Positions 14,401-25,825 of a DNA stretch of 56,206 nt are shown in pieces. Within the stretch, counting starts at the first letter, position 1; every line of letters begins with the position of its first letter. The position numbers and the translations under genes were made by a program. This stretch comes from Catajapyx aquilonaris. Taxonomy: Eukaryota. Under the pieces are notes generated by a model, which made no database searches, was not told the origin of the DNA, and saw only the letters and a list, made by a program, of their open reading frames with translations. The stretch lies in NCBI GenBank assembly GCA_000934665.2, contig JYFJ02002478.1, positions 1 through 56,206 of the forward strand, in the 5' to 3' direction.

Positions 14401-15779
14401 CTATATAGGGGTTGAAGCTCTGGCTCGTTTGGTATGCGACGTCATGATCTTTCACGTCGTTTTCTGGACTGATCTCATTTCAGGCAACCGGGATCGGATC
14501 CCAGTGACGTCGTGACACTCGTTTTCATATACACTGTTCAATTTGTGCTAACTGGCACGGTTCGTGAAAATGCGAGCATGCCGTGATTTCAAGTAATGAG
14601 TCCTCCAGATATAGGCCCTGGGAGCCATCGCTGCGTCCTAAATTAGGCCCATAAGACACCCTCGTGAACAGAAAAAAAGCGGCGGACTTGATTCATTAAN
14701 CCCCCCCCCCCCCCCCCCCTTCCTTATTCTTTCTCCGGGCCAAGACTCACGCCAGATTTCATGCTGGATCAGTGGCAATCTTTTGCCTCCGAAGGGTGAA
14801 ACGACACTTGTGGCAACGACGCGACGGGAATTATGCAACTGAAAGGCATAGTGGCACGAAAAGGCTTCCAAAAAAAATAAGCAGTCCGGTGGCAGCTGCC
14901 ATTCAAACCTCCCCCTCAAAAAACGGAGGTTGATCCGCATATATTAAAGTTAGGTCTATTTCGTGGTCTCCAAATGCTGGACTAGAAAAAAAGGGGTCTT
15001 TCCTGCCGAGATGAATGAGTAATGACTGCAACCTCGGCTGCGACTTTTCTCTATCCGTTTGCCTGTCCATTTCCTCCATGACTGATCTCCTTTAGTCGCC
15101 GTTCCGAAAACTTTTCTATCATGCGACCTTCCCTCCTATTTTTTTTTCTCTAACTCTACGGTACGTGCCTTTAGACTAAGCCCCCCACAAACCAGCAATG
15201 CGGCACATCATCCTAAAGCACCTTGGAACAACAGGAGAAAAAAAATCGTTTTAAATTGTCTGCAGTTCAAAAGAAGCACGCTCCAAATCCGACGTTGTCT
15301 GTCAAGAAAAGCTACAGGCACGATTTGTCATAACTATACAGCATAAAGGTGTAAGCACTGTTTGAATTCAATTATGGTAGGTTTAAATGACAATTTTCTG
15401 GACATTATTCTACATTTTTGTTGACTGCAGGTGCTCCCCCATCACCCATTGAATCACATACTTCCACGTGCCTTAGAAGAGTGCTTCTGCAGTGGATGAG
15501 AGCCTCTTAAAGCTGCCTCCTGACGGTCGTTCCGGTTCTTATTGGTCGTTCTGAGTCTGGCAGGATAGAGTCCTTCAGGTGTTTGGTGCTAGGAGATTCG
15601 GGGGCCGCTGATTAAGAGGCGAGCAAAACATCTGGCGCTTCTCTCACAATCCATCACTTGATTTTGGTGCGGGGAAGGGAGAAGCAGGCCTGAGAAAACC
15701 TGTGTAATATTCACATCCTCCCCTATAGAGCCCCGTGTTTAAGAAAGCGTAACTTGATTAATTTCTGCGAGGGAAAGGA

Positions 15780-16683
15780 GGCGTACATGGAAGCAGAAAG
15801 TGCCGATATCGTGTTGGAGGTAACAGAAGGCAATTTTGGCCATTGAGTGGAGCTGACACTCCTGATCATGTCAACCTGTAATTTTATCTACCAGTCGATA
15901 TTACATGAATATAACAAATGACTCTGCGAGACCTTCTGTTAATGTGTGGGAGGCATCATCAAAGTGCACGTCCGGTGTCCCTGATGCCACGTTCTCGAGT
16001 GTGAAAGGGAAAGAGTACCGTCTCTGCGGGGATGGAGACCGAGGTAATCCATTCAGAAATCCTGTGCGGAACGGTATAAAGTGTTTGGGGGCTGGCGACA
16101 AAATGGACTTGAAAGGAGATTTCATCTGGAGCCTAATGCTCTTGCAGGCGCAGCAGAGAGGCGGAGGCAAAACAGAAATGGAGGTCTCTCTTTGTGTCAG
16201 CCCGGTAAGGGGATTAAGGATCATAAATGCGTGGACACCAGGTGGTATAGCTCTGACGGTGTGCTGGAAGGATCAGAAACCTGCGTAGGTGGTGGATCAA
16301 GTTGGTGGAAAAAATATTGCACCTTATATTGATGTGGAAATCTAAAATTCCGAAACTGCCTTTGATCGAAATAATTGTGAGGTACGAACACTTCAAAAAG
16401 CAGATCGATGTCAGGCTGGGGTTCAGCGAGTTATACGACAACGAGGAGGAGGCAAGGAGGAGGTCGACGGTCAAGCAGACGAGGCGCAGTATATGGAGAG
16501 GACAACGACAACTCGGACGACGAGATGAGCGATGCGGAACAGAACGGTGAAGAGGATCAGGACACCTCTGACTACGACGTCGACAGTGACGAGAATAACA
16601 ACGCGACCTTCATAATCGCATGGCACAGAATCGACTCGTCAGCTGAAGTGGGGGTGATGACAATATCGTATAGTTCAGACTGA
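15780..16683 (+). pseudogene. Possible decayed coding sequence of unknown family with an acidic low-complexity segment
   Basis: Several overlapping + strand reading frames, few homopolymer runs, and strong GAN/GAC triplet periodicity at ~16430-16600 (EDNDNSDDEMSDAEQNGEEDQDTSDYDVDSDEN). No domain recognised. Confidence 0.3.
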
Positions 16684-16854
16684 GAATGTCTGGAGGATGT
16701 CTTATCAAGAAGAATGGACATCCCGAAATTTTCATCGCGGTGTCTTATTCTTATAACACGTGCCGACAATGTGGCCTCCAAAGAAAATTGAAGTAGCCTA
16801 TACCAACAATGTGCAGACTAGCTGTTGTTGCACTCTATTCATTTCTAGGGAAGA

Positions 16855-17171
16855 CTAAGTAGTGGACTCGTTCCCAAATTTTGGCAACAATGCTTGGCCC
16901 ACCCCCCTCACTTGGAAGTAGGTCCATACCAAGCCCATACCAGTTGGTGCATAGGCTGTCCATCTGCACACTACTGCTGCTCTCAGGGGGAAAGTAGTAC
17001 TACATGCACGTTGGTGATGAGTCGCCGCGCGGACAAAGCCCACCAGCATGTCTCGCCTCCATTGAAGTAGGTCCCACCCTTTCTGACTCTAATTGTCTTC
17101 TATTTGTTGAACGGGGAAAGTAACTACAACTATACCTATTAGGCGATGAGTCAACACGGAAAATGAAGCGG
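16855..17171 (-). mobile_element. Non-autonomous Helitron-like repeat, family 1, copy B (longest copy)
   Basis: Homologous to copies A and C. The minus-strand 3' end has the subterminal hairpin (plus strand gttcccaaattttggcaac) and a degenerate CTTAG|T terminus at 16855. Homology to copy A stops where the perfect hairpin at 17171 starts. Confidence 0.7.
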
Positions 17172-17219
17172 TGTAGAAATGGTTACTTCTATACTTCGTA
17201 GAAGTAACCATTTCTACAC
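17171..17219. repeat. Perfect 21-bp inverted repeat with 7-nt loop
   Basis: gtgtagaaatggttacttcta - tacttcg - tagaagtaaccatttctacac. It extends to 17168-17222 if G-T pairs are allowed. Confidence 0.95.
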
Positions 17220-17509
17220 TGTCCCTTATGCCAGGTGTCAACTGCTGAAGGTCATTCCTGACATCGACCTTCAAGCCAAGGTTAAGGCCTCATGGCGAGG
17301 CATCACATGTGTCTTACACGGATCGGTAGTCTGACGGTATAGAGGTGAGATAGATGGACACGCGGATGTGTACGAAGGCCAATGCTATATTTACAATCAA
17401 TGCAGAAGTGGGCTTATTCAAATAAAAAGCGGGCTTTTAAACGATCACGCAAATATTGGTCATCCTGTTTGAATATTGATGTCAAGGCAAGGGCATAGTG
17501 GAAGTTCGG

Positions 17510-19392
17510 ATGATTAATGACCCTCAATTATCGTACATTGCAAGTCATTCTGCAGAGTTAGTCTGGAGAAGTATAGTGAACATGGCTGCCTGGTTGCCCC
17601 TCCTGACCACCTTGACCTTCCTCAGTGACCAACCAGCACAACAAGTGTCCAGTTTCCTCACCAGAATCTTGCGCGACGTTCCGTCTAGGTGTCCACTAGT
17701 CATCGGACACGACGTGGTTGGGACACTACCATTTCAGACCCTACTGACCACTCAAGAGGCCCTGCACCGCCCATTGCTGGTGTCATCTTTGCCCAAATCT
17801 GATCTGAACTGCACTGCTGTCCTTTCCACCAACGACATCTCCACATTGTCCAGTACGAACAGACCATTGTGCGCAATCCACTTCATAACGTCCTGTGGTC
17901 GTAATCTGCCCGAATTGTTGGACCACATGTACGACGAAGGTGTGATTGACGTCCGGAAGACACAAGATCTGTTTGTCATCTGGGTAAGAGACGAACCAGA
18001 ACCAGAATTTGTACCGAGTTTGTCCGAACTGAAATTCAAAGTGTCCGTTCAATTCGACACCTACTTCGTCATGTCCCTAACAGTTGTCTGTTACTTCTGC
18101 AACAATGGACATCACACGATGCAACAGTTAGACCAACAGTCGCCAGCAAATGTCATTTTTGCAGAACGAGCCAACAATTTTCACGGAAAGACTTTGAACA
18201 CTGTTTTTCCATGGAACATTTCAATGTCCGATTGCAACACTTATTGGACTGAAAAGTCGATGAGCATATACCACGTATGCTTCATGCAACGTGAACTTAA
18301 CTTCAAATGGAAGTTGCTATTTTTTGGATCTATTGATGCAAAATCGATGAGGAGAATTTTCGCCGAATATGTCAATGGTAATATAGATTTCATCATAGCC
18401 ATGCCGGTAGTACACACCTATTATACTTTTGCCGCCTACATAACGTATCATGACTTTGGACGATTGACCTTTGTGACTCGTAGGGCAAAAGAGGTCGTAA
18501 CATCAACCGCATTTTTGTGTGCTTATCAATCAGTACCGTGGATTCTGATCTGCTTTTCTCTGGTCATGACCTCTGCTGTCATGCTAATAATCAGAAGAGT
18601 ATACCATAGCAATTATCCTGCACAGAATATTAATAAAGCTAGTTTCGTATTATTGTTTGGTCAACTGTGCAAAGTGTTTGTTGAGCAGTATCCTTCTGCA
18701 CCAAAAGAGTCTTCAATTCGTTTGTTGTCTATCTCTTGGGTTTTGTTCTCGTTCATTTTAGGCGTCGGATACAAAACCAACCTGCTCTCTTACCTGTTGT
18801 ATCCTCCCAAAGAATCGCTACCGACCAATGCAGAAGATATCGAAAATAAAAAATTCGCCATCTTCTGGGACAGGCATGGTTTCCAAGTTGTGGAAAATTT
18901 ACTTGATTCTGGCCATTCTGACATAGACCACGGTTTGCAACATGCGATGGACCAAGCCATATTGGTGGACGACACCAACATTTGCATGAACATGACTCTG
19001 GAAGGAGACAACGTCTGTGTAACCACCGACTATACGCTTAGGTACTTTAAACGCAACTTTCTGGACAGAAATGGCGACTTGACAGTGAAGCTATCGGATT
19101 ACAGCTACGCGAGCGAGCCTTACTCCATGTTGTTCATGAAAGATGAAGTGTACACCGATCGCTTCGATCGGTTGATATAAATGTATGATACAACTCAATG
19201 GGGCTTCTGCTGAAGAGCAAGAGTCTGTCTCAGCACATGAAGTCTTGGAAGGCTGCAAGGCGACATGAGCAATTAACAGCTCTTAACAAGGAAGGAAGAG
19301 AAAAATTGTCTATGAAGAGATTGGAAGGGGCATGGATTGTTCTGATAGGCGGGATCTGCGCTGGACTCATGTCTTTATTGGCTGAAATATAA
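17510..19392 (+). pseudogene. Intronless divergent ionotropic receptor (IR, variant iGluR chemoreceptor family), disrupted near its C-terminus
   Basis: The 560-aa ORF 17498-19180 has ATGs at 17510 and 17582; the latter gives a signal-peptide-like MAAWLPLLTTLTFLS. It shows IR topology: M1 WILICFSLVMTSAVMLIIRRVY, pore segment ending VFVEQ, M2 SIRLLSISWVLFSFILGVGYKTNLLSYL (equivalent to the iGluR SYTANLAAFL motif), then S2 ending RFDRLI. TAA at 19178-19180. The remaining GLL motif, pre-M3 and M3 (LSMKRLEGAWIVLIGGICAGLMSLLAEI) lie in a different frame (ORF 19198-19392). Confidence 0.88.
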
Positions 19393-19548
19393 CATTGTTG
19401 CAATATAGCATTGTTGAGGCGCGACAATAATTGTATGACCAGTCACAATGTGCTTAAAAATCTTTAAAGGATGAGTGCAGGCTGCACTTGAGTCAAATGC
19501 AAAATCGTCACTATGTTTTTGAGAGATATAGTACTGTAGTACGTATGG

Positions 19549-19554
19549 AATAAA
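19549..19554 (+). promoter_or_regulatory. Candidate polyadenylation signal of the IR gene
   Basis: AATAAA about 160 nt after the final IR stop codon (19392), followed by T/G-rich sequence. Confidence 0.4.
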
Positions 19555-20712
19555 GTCCTTGCCTGAAATCGATGTAACTTATGTGTTTAGCTGTATTAAC
19601 ACAGTATTTACTCCATAATATGTGATTCATATTTCTCTGTGCATTGCAAAGATGGAAATAATAAATCGATGTTTATGATGGCACCGTTACTTAATTATTT
19701 CGGTAAAAAACTACAATAAGCCATTAAAAAGTACCGAACTGTTTCAGATCTGAATTTCTAATGTTCTAGTTGAGCCTAAAATGATGGCATGATATTGTAT
19801 ACACCTGTTGGCTCCACTCAAATTGGGCAATAGTCCATATCAGAACTGGAGCGATGCGGGCTTGCGTCAGTGAGAAATTTTAGCATTCTAATATGGGACA
19901 AAAGCGAAAGCGAGCTTCAATTATTTTGTCATTGTCAAAATGTGTGGTGAAACCCGACAATTCCATTTGCATGCTAAATAAGACCCGCATTTGTGATACC
20001 ACAGGTTTCTGTGAAAATCACATTTTCCTACATGAGTCCATAGGGAAATTTTAAAATTAAAGCATTTAATTTATCCGGTATTACAACTTCTGCGGTTCAC
20101 ATAAAACTTAAGTATTATCGAAGTTTTTTGTGACGCCTTTAATATTATTGTACTATAGTTTGCATTAATTGTGGATATGACGCATTTGAATTTTACTTTG
20201 GTTTTATTCGACTACTTTTGTAATAAGTGACCACATTAATAAAACAATTTTTGTTATTCTTATGGAATTTACAGCCAATACTGACCAATTCTAACTGTTT
20301 ACATAAAATCGCACATTTAAGAACAACACACATAATAAATGCTAACAAAATAATGTCAGTCTCGATCACTGTTGCTCAAAATATTTGATTAATATTAGTT
20401 AACAGTGTTTCCCTAGGGCTATTTAATGAAGCATTGGTGTGATACACATTAATTAATAGCATACAGTGCTGTTGTTGGCTGTTGTTGTATTATTTGGCCG
20501 TTACTGTGGTGTTTTTGTGACAAGCTCATATAGTAAACATGACTGCAGATAAATTGGTTTGAAACTAACCCGAATGTTAACCTTGAACTATTTTCTCCCT
20601 TGGAATACCACCAAATTTTACGATCCAGCGATACAGATATTGTATGAACCCATAATTTTGATTACATTAAAAAAAAACACTTCTGCTCAAACCGGAAATA
20701 TATCAGCGTATT

Positions 20713-20910
20713 CGGAAAGCAAGGTCCGCTATTTATTAGAAAAACCACCCAAAAATTTTATTTACACATCTGAAATCGACAACTGTCTACTTTTTTTTTC
20801 AAAATAGTTTCCGAAACTATTTTGAAAAAAAAGTAGACAGTTGTCGATTTCAGATGTGTAAATAAAATTTTTGGGTGGTTTTTCTAATAAATAGCGGACC
20901 TTGCTTTCCG
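20713..20910. repeat. Near-perfect long palindrome (99/98-bp arms, 1-nt spacer)
   Basis: 20713-20811 (cggaaagcaaggtccgct...caaaatagtttc) is the reverse complement of 20813-20910 (gaaactattttg...agcggaccttgctttccg). The only difference I see is T9 versus A8 in a homopolymer. Confidence 0.97.
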
Positions 20911-21162
20911 GCTAATAAAACGATGGAGGGGTCTCATGATCGATTTTTTAACAATCACCTTTTGGGCAACAGCAACACCATTCTGGCGGATACAAAGTGT
21001 ATCAGATGTGAGCAGGCCCTTTTCTCCAGAGCAATAATGCCCGGAATTTCGGGAAGTGATTGCCTGCTTTTATCACTTCCCAGCTTGAATGGTCACTCCT
21101 GAGCACCGGTACATCAAATTCACAAAGGACACTAAAGCTCAAGGCTGTAGCATACAGGTATA

Positions 21163-21200
21163 CAGGGTGTTTCAGAACAATTCAGATAATATTGTCGGGT
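21163..21200 (+). mobile_element. Isolated mariner-like terminal sequence (TA|CAGGGTGTTTCAG)
   Basis: TA followed by CAGGGTG, a frequent start of invertebrate mariner-type TIRs. No nearby partner end was found. Confidence 0.35.
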
Positions 21201-24200
21201 AAGTTGTTACATAGATGATATGCATCACGACTTATCTGTACATAAAGGGAATTTCTGAATCATTAGTCATACTGTATGTACACACCGAGAGCAACCCTTC
21301 CGGCCACTCTTAACACGCCAATTAAACATTGCGATCCGATCGGTGATAATGAAGCCAGCGGACTTGTTTCCGGGGGAATCCTGAAATCCTGAGGAAAGCT
21401 CTATTAACAGCCCCATTCGCAGGGATCCGGACCCAACCCTAAAACGTGCTCCACAGTCGTTTGATCGGACACCGGACCGCTGCGAGCTCAATGGATTATT
21501 CATATTATGGCTCCCCCAACACTGGTATTTTCTCCGGATCTGCGGGAGAAAAAAATATTGTGGCTCCCTTGGTGCCTGGCGACTGCCCTGCATGCCGCAT
21601 CTTCCATTAGAAACTGCTCGCCAAAATACTAAAAAATACCGATGCGATTTTTTTGTACCAAAAAATAAAGGGGAGAGAACTATTCGGTCCTTTTCTCGAT
21701 ACGGGAAAATGAGCTGGGTCAACACTATCAGAAATGGCATTTAGTAATTTATATCTTTAATGACAGATTTGCGCATTGAACCTATAGTGCGCAGTGTATA
21801 CTGGTTGAAATCTGAAGTTTCGCACGAACGCATCTCGTTTTTGGCTAAATGACAAAAAAGCGCATTAAATTAGCCAAATCCCATCGAGAGACACGTGAAG
21901 CGCAGTCCTGCGCCTGGGAGAAGTCAACAATGGAATTTGGGCTGCCCCAATTCCAAACTAAGCCCATCCCAATGTTTTTTTTTCCAGCAACAAAACAACA
22001 CAAAAAAATGAGTGTATGTGGGTGGGACTGGTGCGCTAAAATTTGTACCTACAAATGTTTCCCCTCTTAAAAAAAGAGCCTATCACACAAAAAAGGTGGA
22101 ATTTTTTCCGGATTTTTTTGGGAGCGGGTTAATCAGAAGGCTGCGGCTCCAATCGGTCAATTATGATCCCCTCGAGTTCCCATAGCCGAAGCCGCATGTA
22201 GGCGGCAATCGGAAGATCGCATGTGGGCTCCATTCGCACGGGAACGGACAATAATGATGATGGAGAACTAGGGGAACCCCCGTTGGATTTTTCTAACAGG
22301 AAATTTTTTTCCCTCTCTCTCTCTCGTTGGGGTATATATATAGAGAGAGCTGGGATGGGTTATATTTGAACCAGCTTCCATTAGCAGGCGCTCACACTTT
22401 GGCGATTACACTCGTCATAAATGCATGATACTGAGGCTGCCCGATGAAACCGATTGCTGGCTCTTGATTCGGTTGGCTGGCTGCTGGGTCGACCAGACAC
22501 ACTCGGCACAAAATGCTGTGTGGAAAAGAGGGCAGGATCATGGGAGGATGTTTTGGAAATTAGAAGCCCAATCAAGTGGGAATGGTCGTGATTTGTTTAT
22601 GTTCAAGGAGTGGGTGGAAATAATAAAACAAAAAAGCAATAGGCAGGATTACCACACTGATATAGGAAGTTTTGGTGCTTCTGTTTAAAAGCCAGTTGGA
22701 ATATATTTTAGCAGAAGCACCTGATTTTTCACCCAGAAGTACTGGAAGGTATGGATTGCAGGTACATGGTTAATTAAATAAGCAGCATGAATGATACCGG
22801 ATATGAAAGCCATACAGGTGCTTCAGCCCAAATCCAAATATCAAGGAAAACTATAGGGAATGAGATAGCTTTTGCTGGAAGATATCGAATGTGTTTGTTC
22901 TGTGAAATGGAGTTGCTTAATACACAGTTCGTTTTGAAAGTGGAATATGCCCATATCAGCTATAGTCAGAAACACCCGGGGTGGCAAAAAAAATTATTTT
23001 GTAGCAAATGAACATGCCAATTTTGTGTCCTGGAAACGGATATTTCCCTGCTCTGTGTTGGTGGCGGAATGTATAAAATGATGACATGCTGCTGTACACT
23101 CTACAGTTGCAATGACAAATGCGACGTAATGCCCATGATTCCACATCCGCACCGAACAAGGAATTACAGTGTACTGGAACCACAATAATGGAATCCCAGG
23201 AATGACACGACCCTGCAGCTATGCAGTCCCGCACATATTTCACAGACAACTAATTTGGGTGTTCAAAACAGGCCGCTTCTCTTCAAAAAAAATACGTCGC
23301 CTGCACACACCACCACTTGATCCTTTGATGGTTGGGGTCAGGCACCTTGTAAATTCAGTCGACAAGGAACGACACGTTGATCCTCTCTCTGGATGAAAAG
23401 CAGAGGAGTCAGCAGGTCGGGAGTTTGGAGGGTTACAGGTCGTCAAGTCGGTTGTCAGTCACCGGCTGGTTGAGCCCAAATGGACCCCCTCGGACTTACG
23501 ACCTTGCTCCGCCAGCTATCGACGCGAGTCCCTCGCCTTAGGGGTTCAGAGAAAGAGAGCTGTCCTCCAAATAAGTAGAAAAGAGGGATAAAAAAAAATA
23601 AAATAAAAGGGGGGGGTAAGAAAAAAGTTGGAGACTTCGGTAATCATTCATGCTTCATTAAACTGCTTTATTGGCATTCCGTTCTCAACTTTGCCAACTT
23701 GAGCTATTCATCCAGGGAGGCTTTTGTGGGGGGGAAACACGTCTACTTCATTCGGGTGGCCCAGTTTGGCAGAACAATTTTTCGCCAGCCCTCCCTTTTC
23801 CATAGCTTTCTTCCAGGGAAAAAAGAGAGAGAGAAAAAAAAGAGAGGAGGTGAAGTTGTTGAATTATTGCCTGGTTATGGTCTTTGAACTTGCGCGCAGA
23901 GTTGATCTTTTGCGATTGCCACGTAGAAGGGACGCAATTGAAAGGAGTTTTACGGGTCGTATAACGTAAGGCCTGCAAGCTAGAGAGAATAAAATATGCA
24001 AGGAAAAGGAACCCAAAGTTTGCCAAAACATGCTCTGGATAGTGCAGGCTTACCAATAATATAATTCATTATATACTTACAGAAATAATTTGCAGTGGTA
24101 CGATTTTGAACGCGCCTGCACCTAATAGTACATCAGTTAGATTTTAACAGAGCTTCATAAAACATGCGGTTTGGTGATGTACATCGTGCAGTGCAATAAT

Positions 24201-25557
24201 TTAGCCCTTATTCGACACAATGTTGGCAGGGGGGAAAAAATGTATTGCAGGAGAATGTCAACATGCCCACTCGACCCACCCTGTGTATTGCCATTGGGAG
24301 CGTGTAAATAGAACGATCATGCCGCGTGCAATTTCCCGAAGCCGCATGAAAAATGGATGCGGGGTATAATTGCGATCTGTCCTTGAAATAGCAAATGGAA
24401 TTTGGCAAAATCGCGGATGTTATCGCGCTTTATGTGCGATGCCGTATCTATTAAGCCCAATAGCGTGCGGTTTATGCATAAAGTATAAACAACAGTGGGG
24501 ACTAAAAAAAAAATCGAATGTTGTGACCGCGAGGTGATTTAAAATCGGATGCATTACCCGCGCTTGTCATCGGGTTTTTGCATGTTATTTTTTAATATGC
24601 AAATGCTTCCCAACCGTCCGCACCCTGCCTCACATTTTTTTCGGCTTGCAAAAATGTATTGTGCTGCCCAAAACCAACCCCAGCACATATCAGATTCTCT
24701 TTTGTCCCTTTTCTCTGCCAACAGGCGGATATCGCATAATTTTGCAGCAACCAGTCGGAAAGGTCACACAAGTTGGTATCTCATGGTTACCCCCCCCCCC
24801 CCCCAAAAAAAGAGTTTTTTTTTGAGGTGATGACGCGGCTTGTTGGCTGATATCTGGTTCCTCCCACAGCTACCACTACACGACCGATTGCACCTTATCG
24901 GATACCCGATTTCGTATCCTGAATCCGCCATTTATCTGGGGGGCTGGACCGCACGGTTTTTCTTGTTAACAATGAAGCAAGATTAGGCACCCCCTTTCCC
25001 CCGATTAAACTACAAAAAATGTGGGTCGTTTTGGGTCTCCCCAACAGCATCGACACTCGGATTTCAAATGTGTCTGGTGCTGGGGCAGCAAGTATAGCGG
25101 ATGCTGCTGCCAGTGGGTGAAGGCACCCTAGAGAAACATGTGAGTGGGTTAATATCCTGGAAATGAGATTGGCTCCAGCGATACGCCGACCATGCATTTG
25201 GCCGTTATTGGCCCAGATTGGTGGCTGTGGGATGTGGAAATATTCTAGTGGGGGGAGGCAGCCAAAAGTGTCGCATGAACTTTTTGGAGAGGGAGAGAGA
25301 GAGAGAGAGCGATGACCCATGCCAATGAGACGGGGGACGTAATATTGCATTGTTGGTGGAATGAGCCTGGGGTCATGACCTGGCTGGCTGGCTGGCGCAA
25401 AATGTGCATCAAAAGTAGCTGAAGATCCTGTGAGAGAGATATGCTTTCATAACGGGTGCTGACACACATATTACTTGCTGATAACACCTACAATATATAA
25501 TAGGTCTTTGTACTGTTTGTAGTTCCAAAATGTTCAGAATACAGTGTTTATTCAACA

Positions 25558-25825
25558 CTAGCAGGATACCTGGCGTTGCTCGGGTTATGAAATACTTTGA
25601 ATGAATCGATGCTGTATCGATGTATCAACGCTACATCCGGGGTTCCTGCTTTTCTGCCCTTTCGCCTCCTGCGGTCAAGGATGACCTCGGAGGTCAAGTC
25701 CAATATGCTAAAAACCTTCCCCGTTAAAAACTACCCCTAATGATCACGTTGGGCCATACGTCGAGGCCTCCGTATTTATTTGCATCGAGAACAAGGGGAC
25801 ATCCGTTGTGAAAATATGTACAAGA
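25558..25825 (-). mobile_element. Small non-autonomous Helitron, family 2 (~268 bp)
   Basis: The minus strand reads A|TCTTGTACATATT...cccgagcaacgccaggtatcctgCTAG|T. This gives 5'-TC, a degenerate GC-rich subterminal hairpin, 3'-CTAG and an A|T insertion site with no TSD. The plus-strand start ACTAGcaggatacctggcgttgctcggg resembles common arthropod short Helitrons. Confidence 0.65.

Noticed and set aside
23359..23541. Open + frame after a tcag (STRNDTLILSLDEKQRS...DASPSP*)
   Set aside because: It is unrecognisable low-complexity sequence with a weak polypyrimidine tract, and its length is expected by chance.
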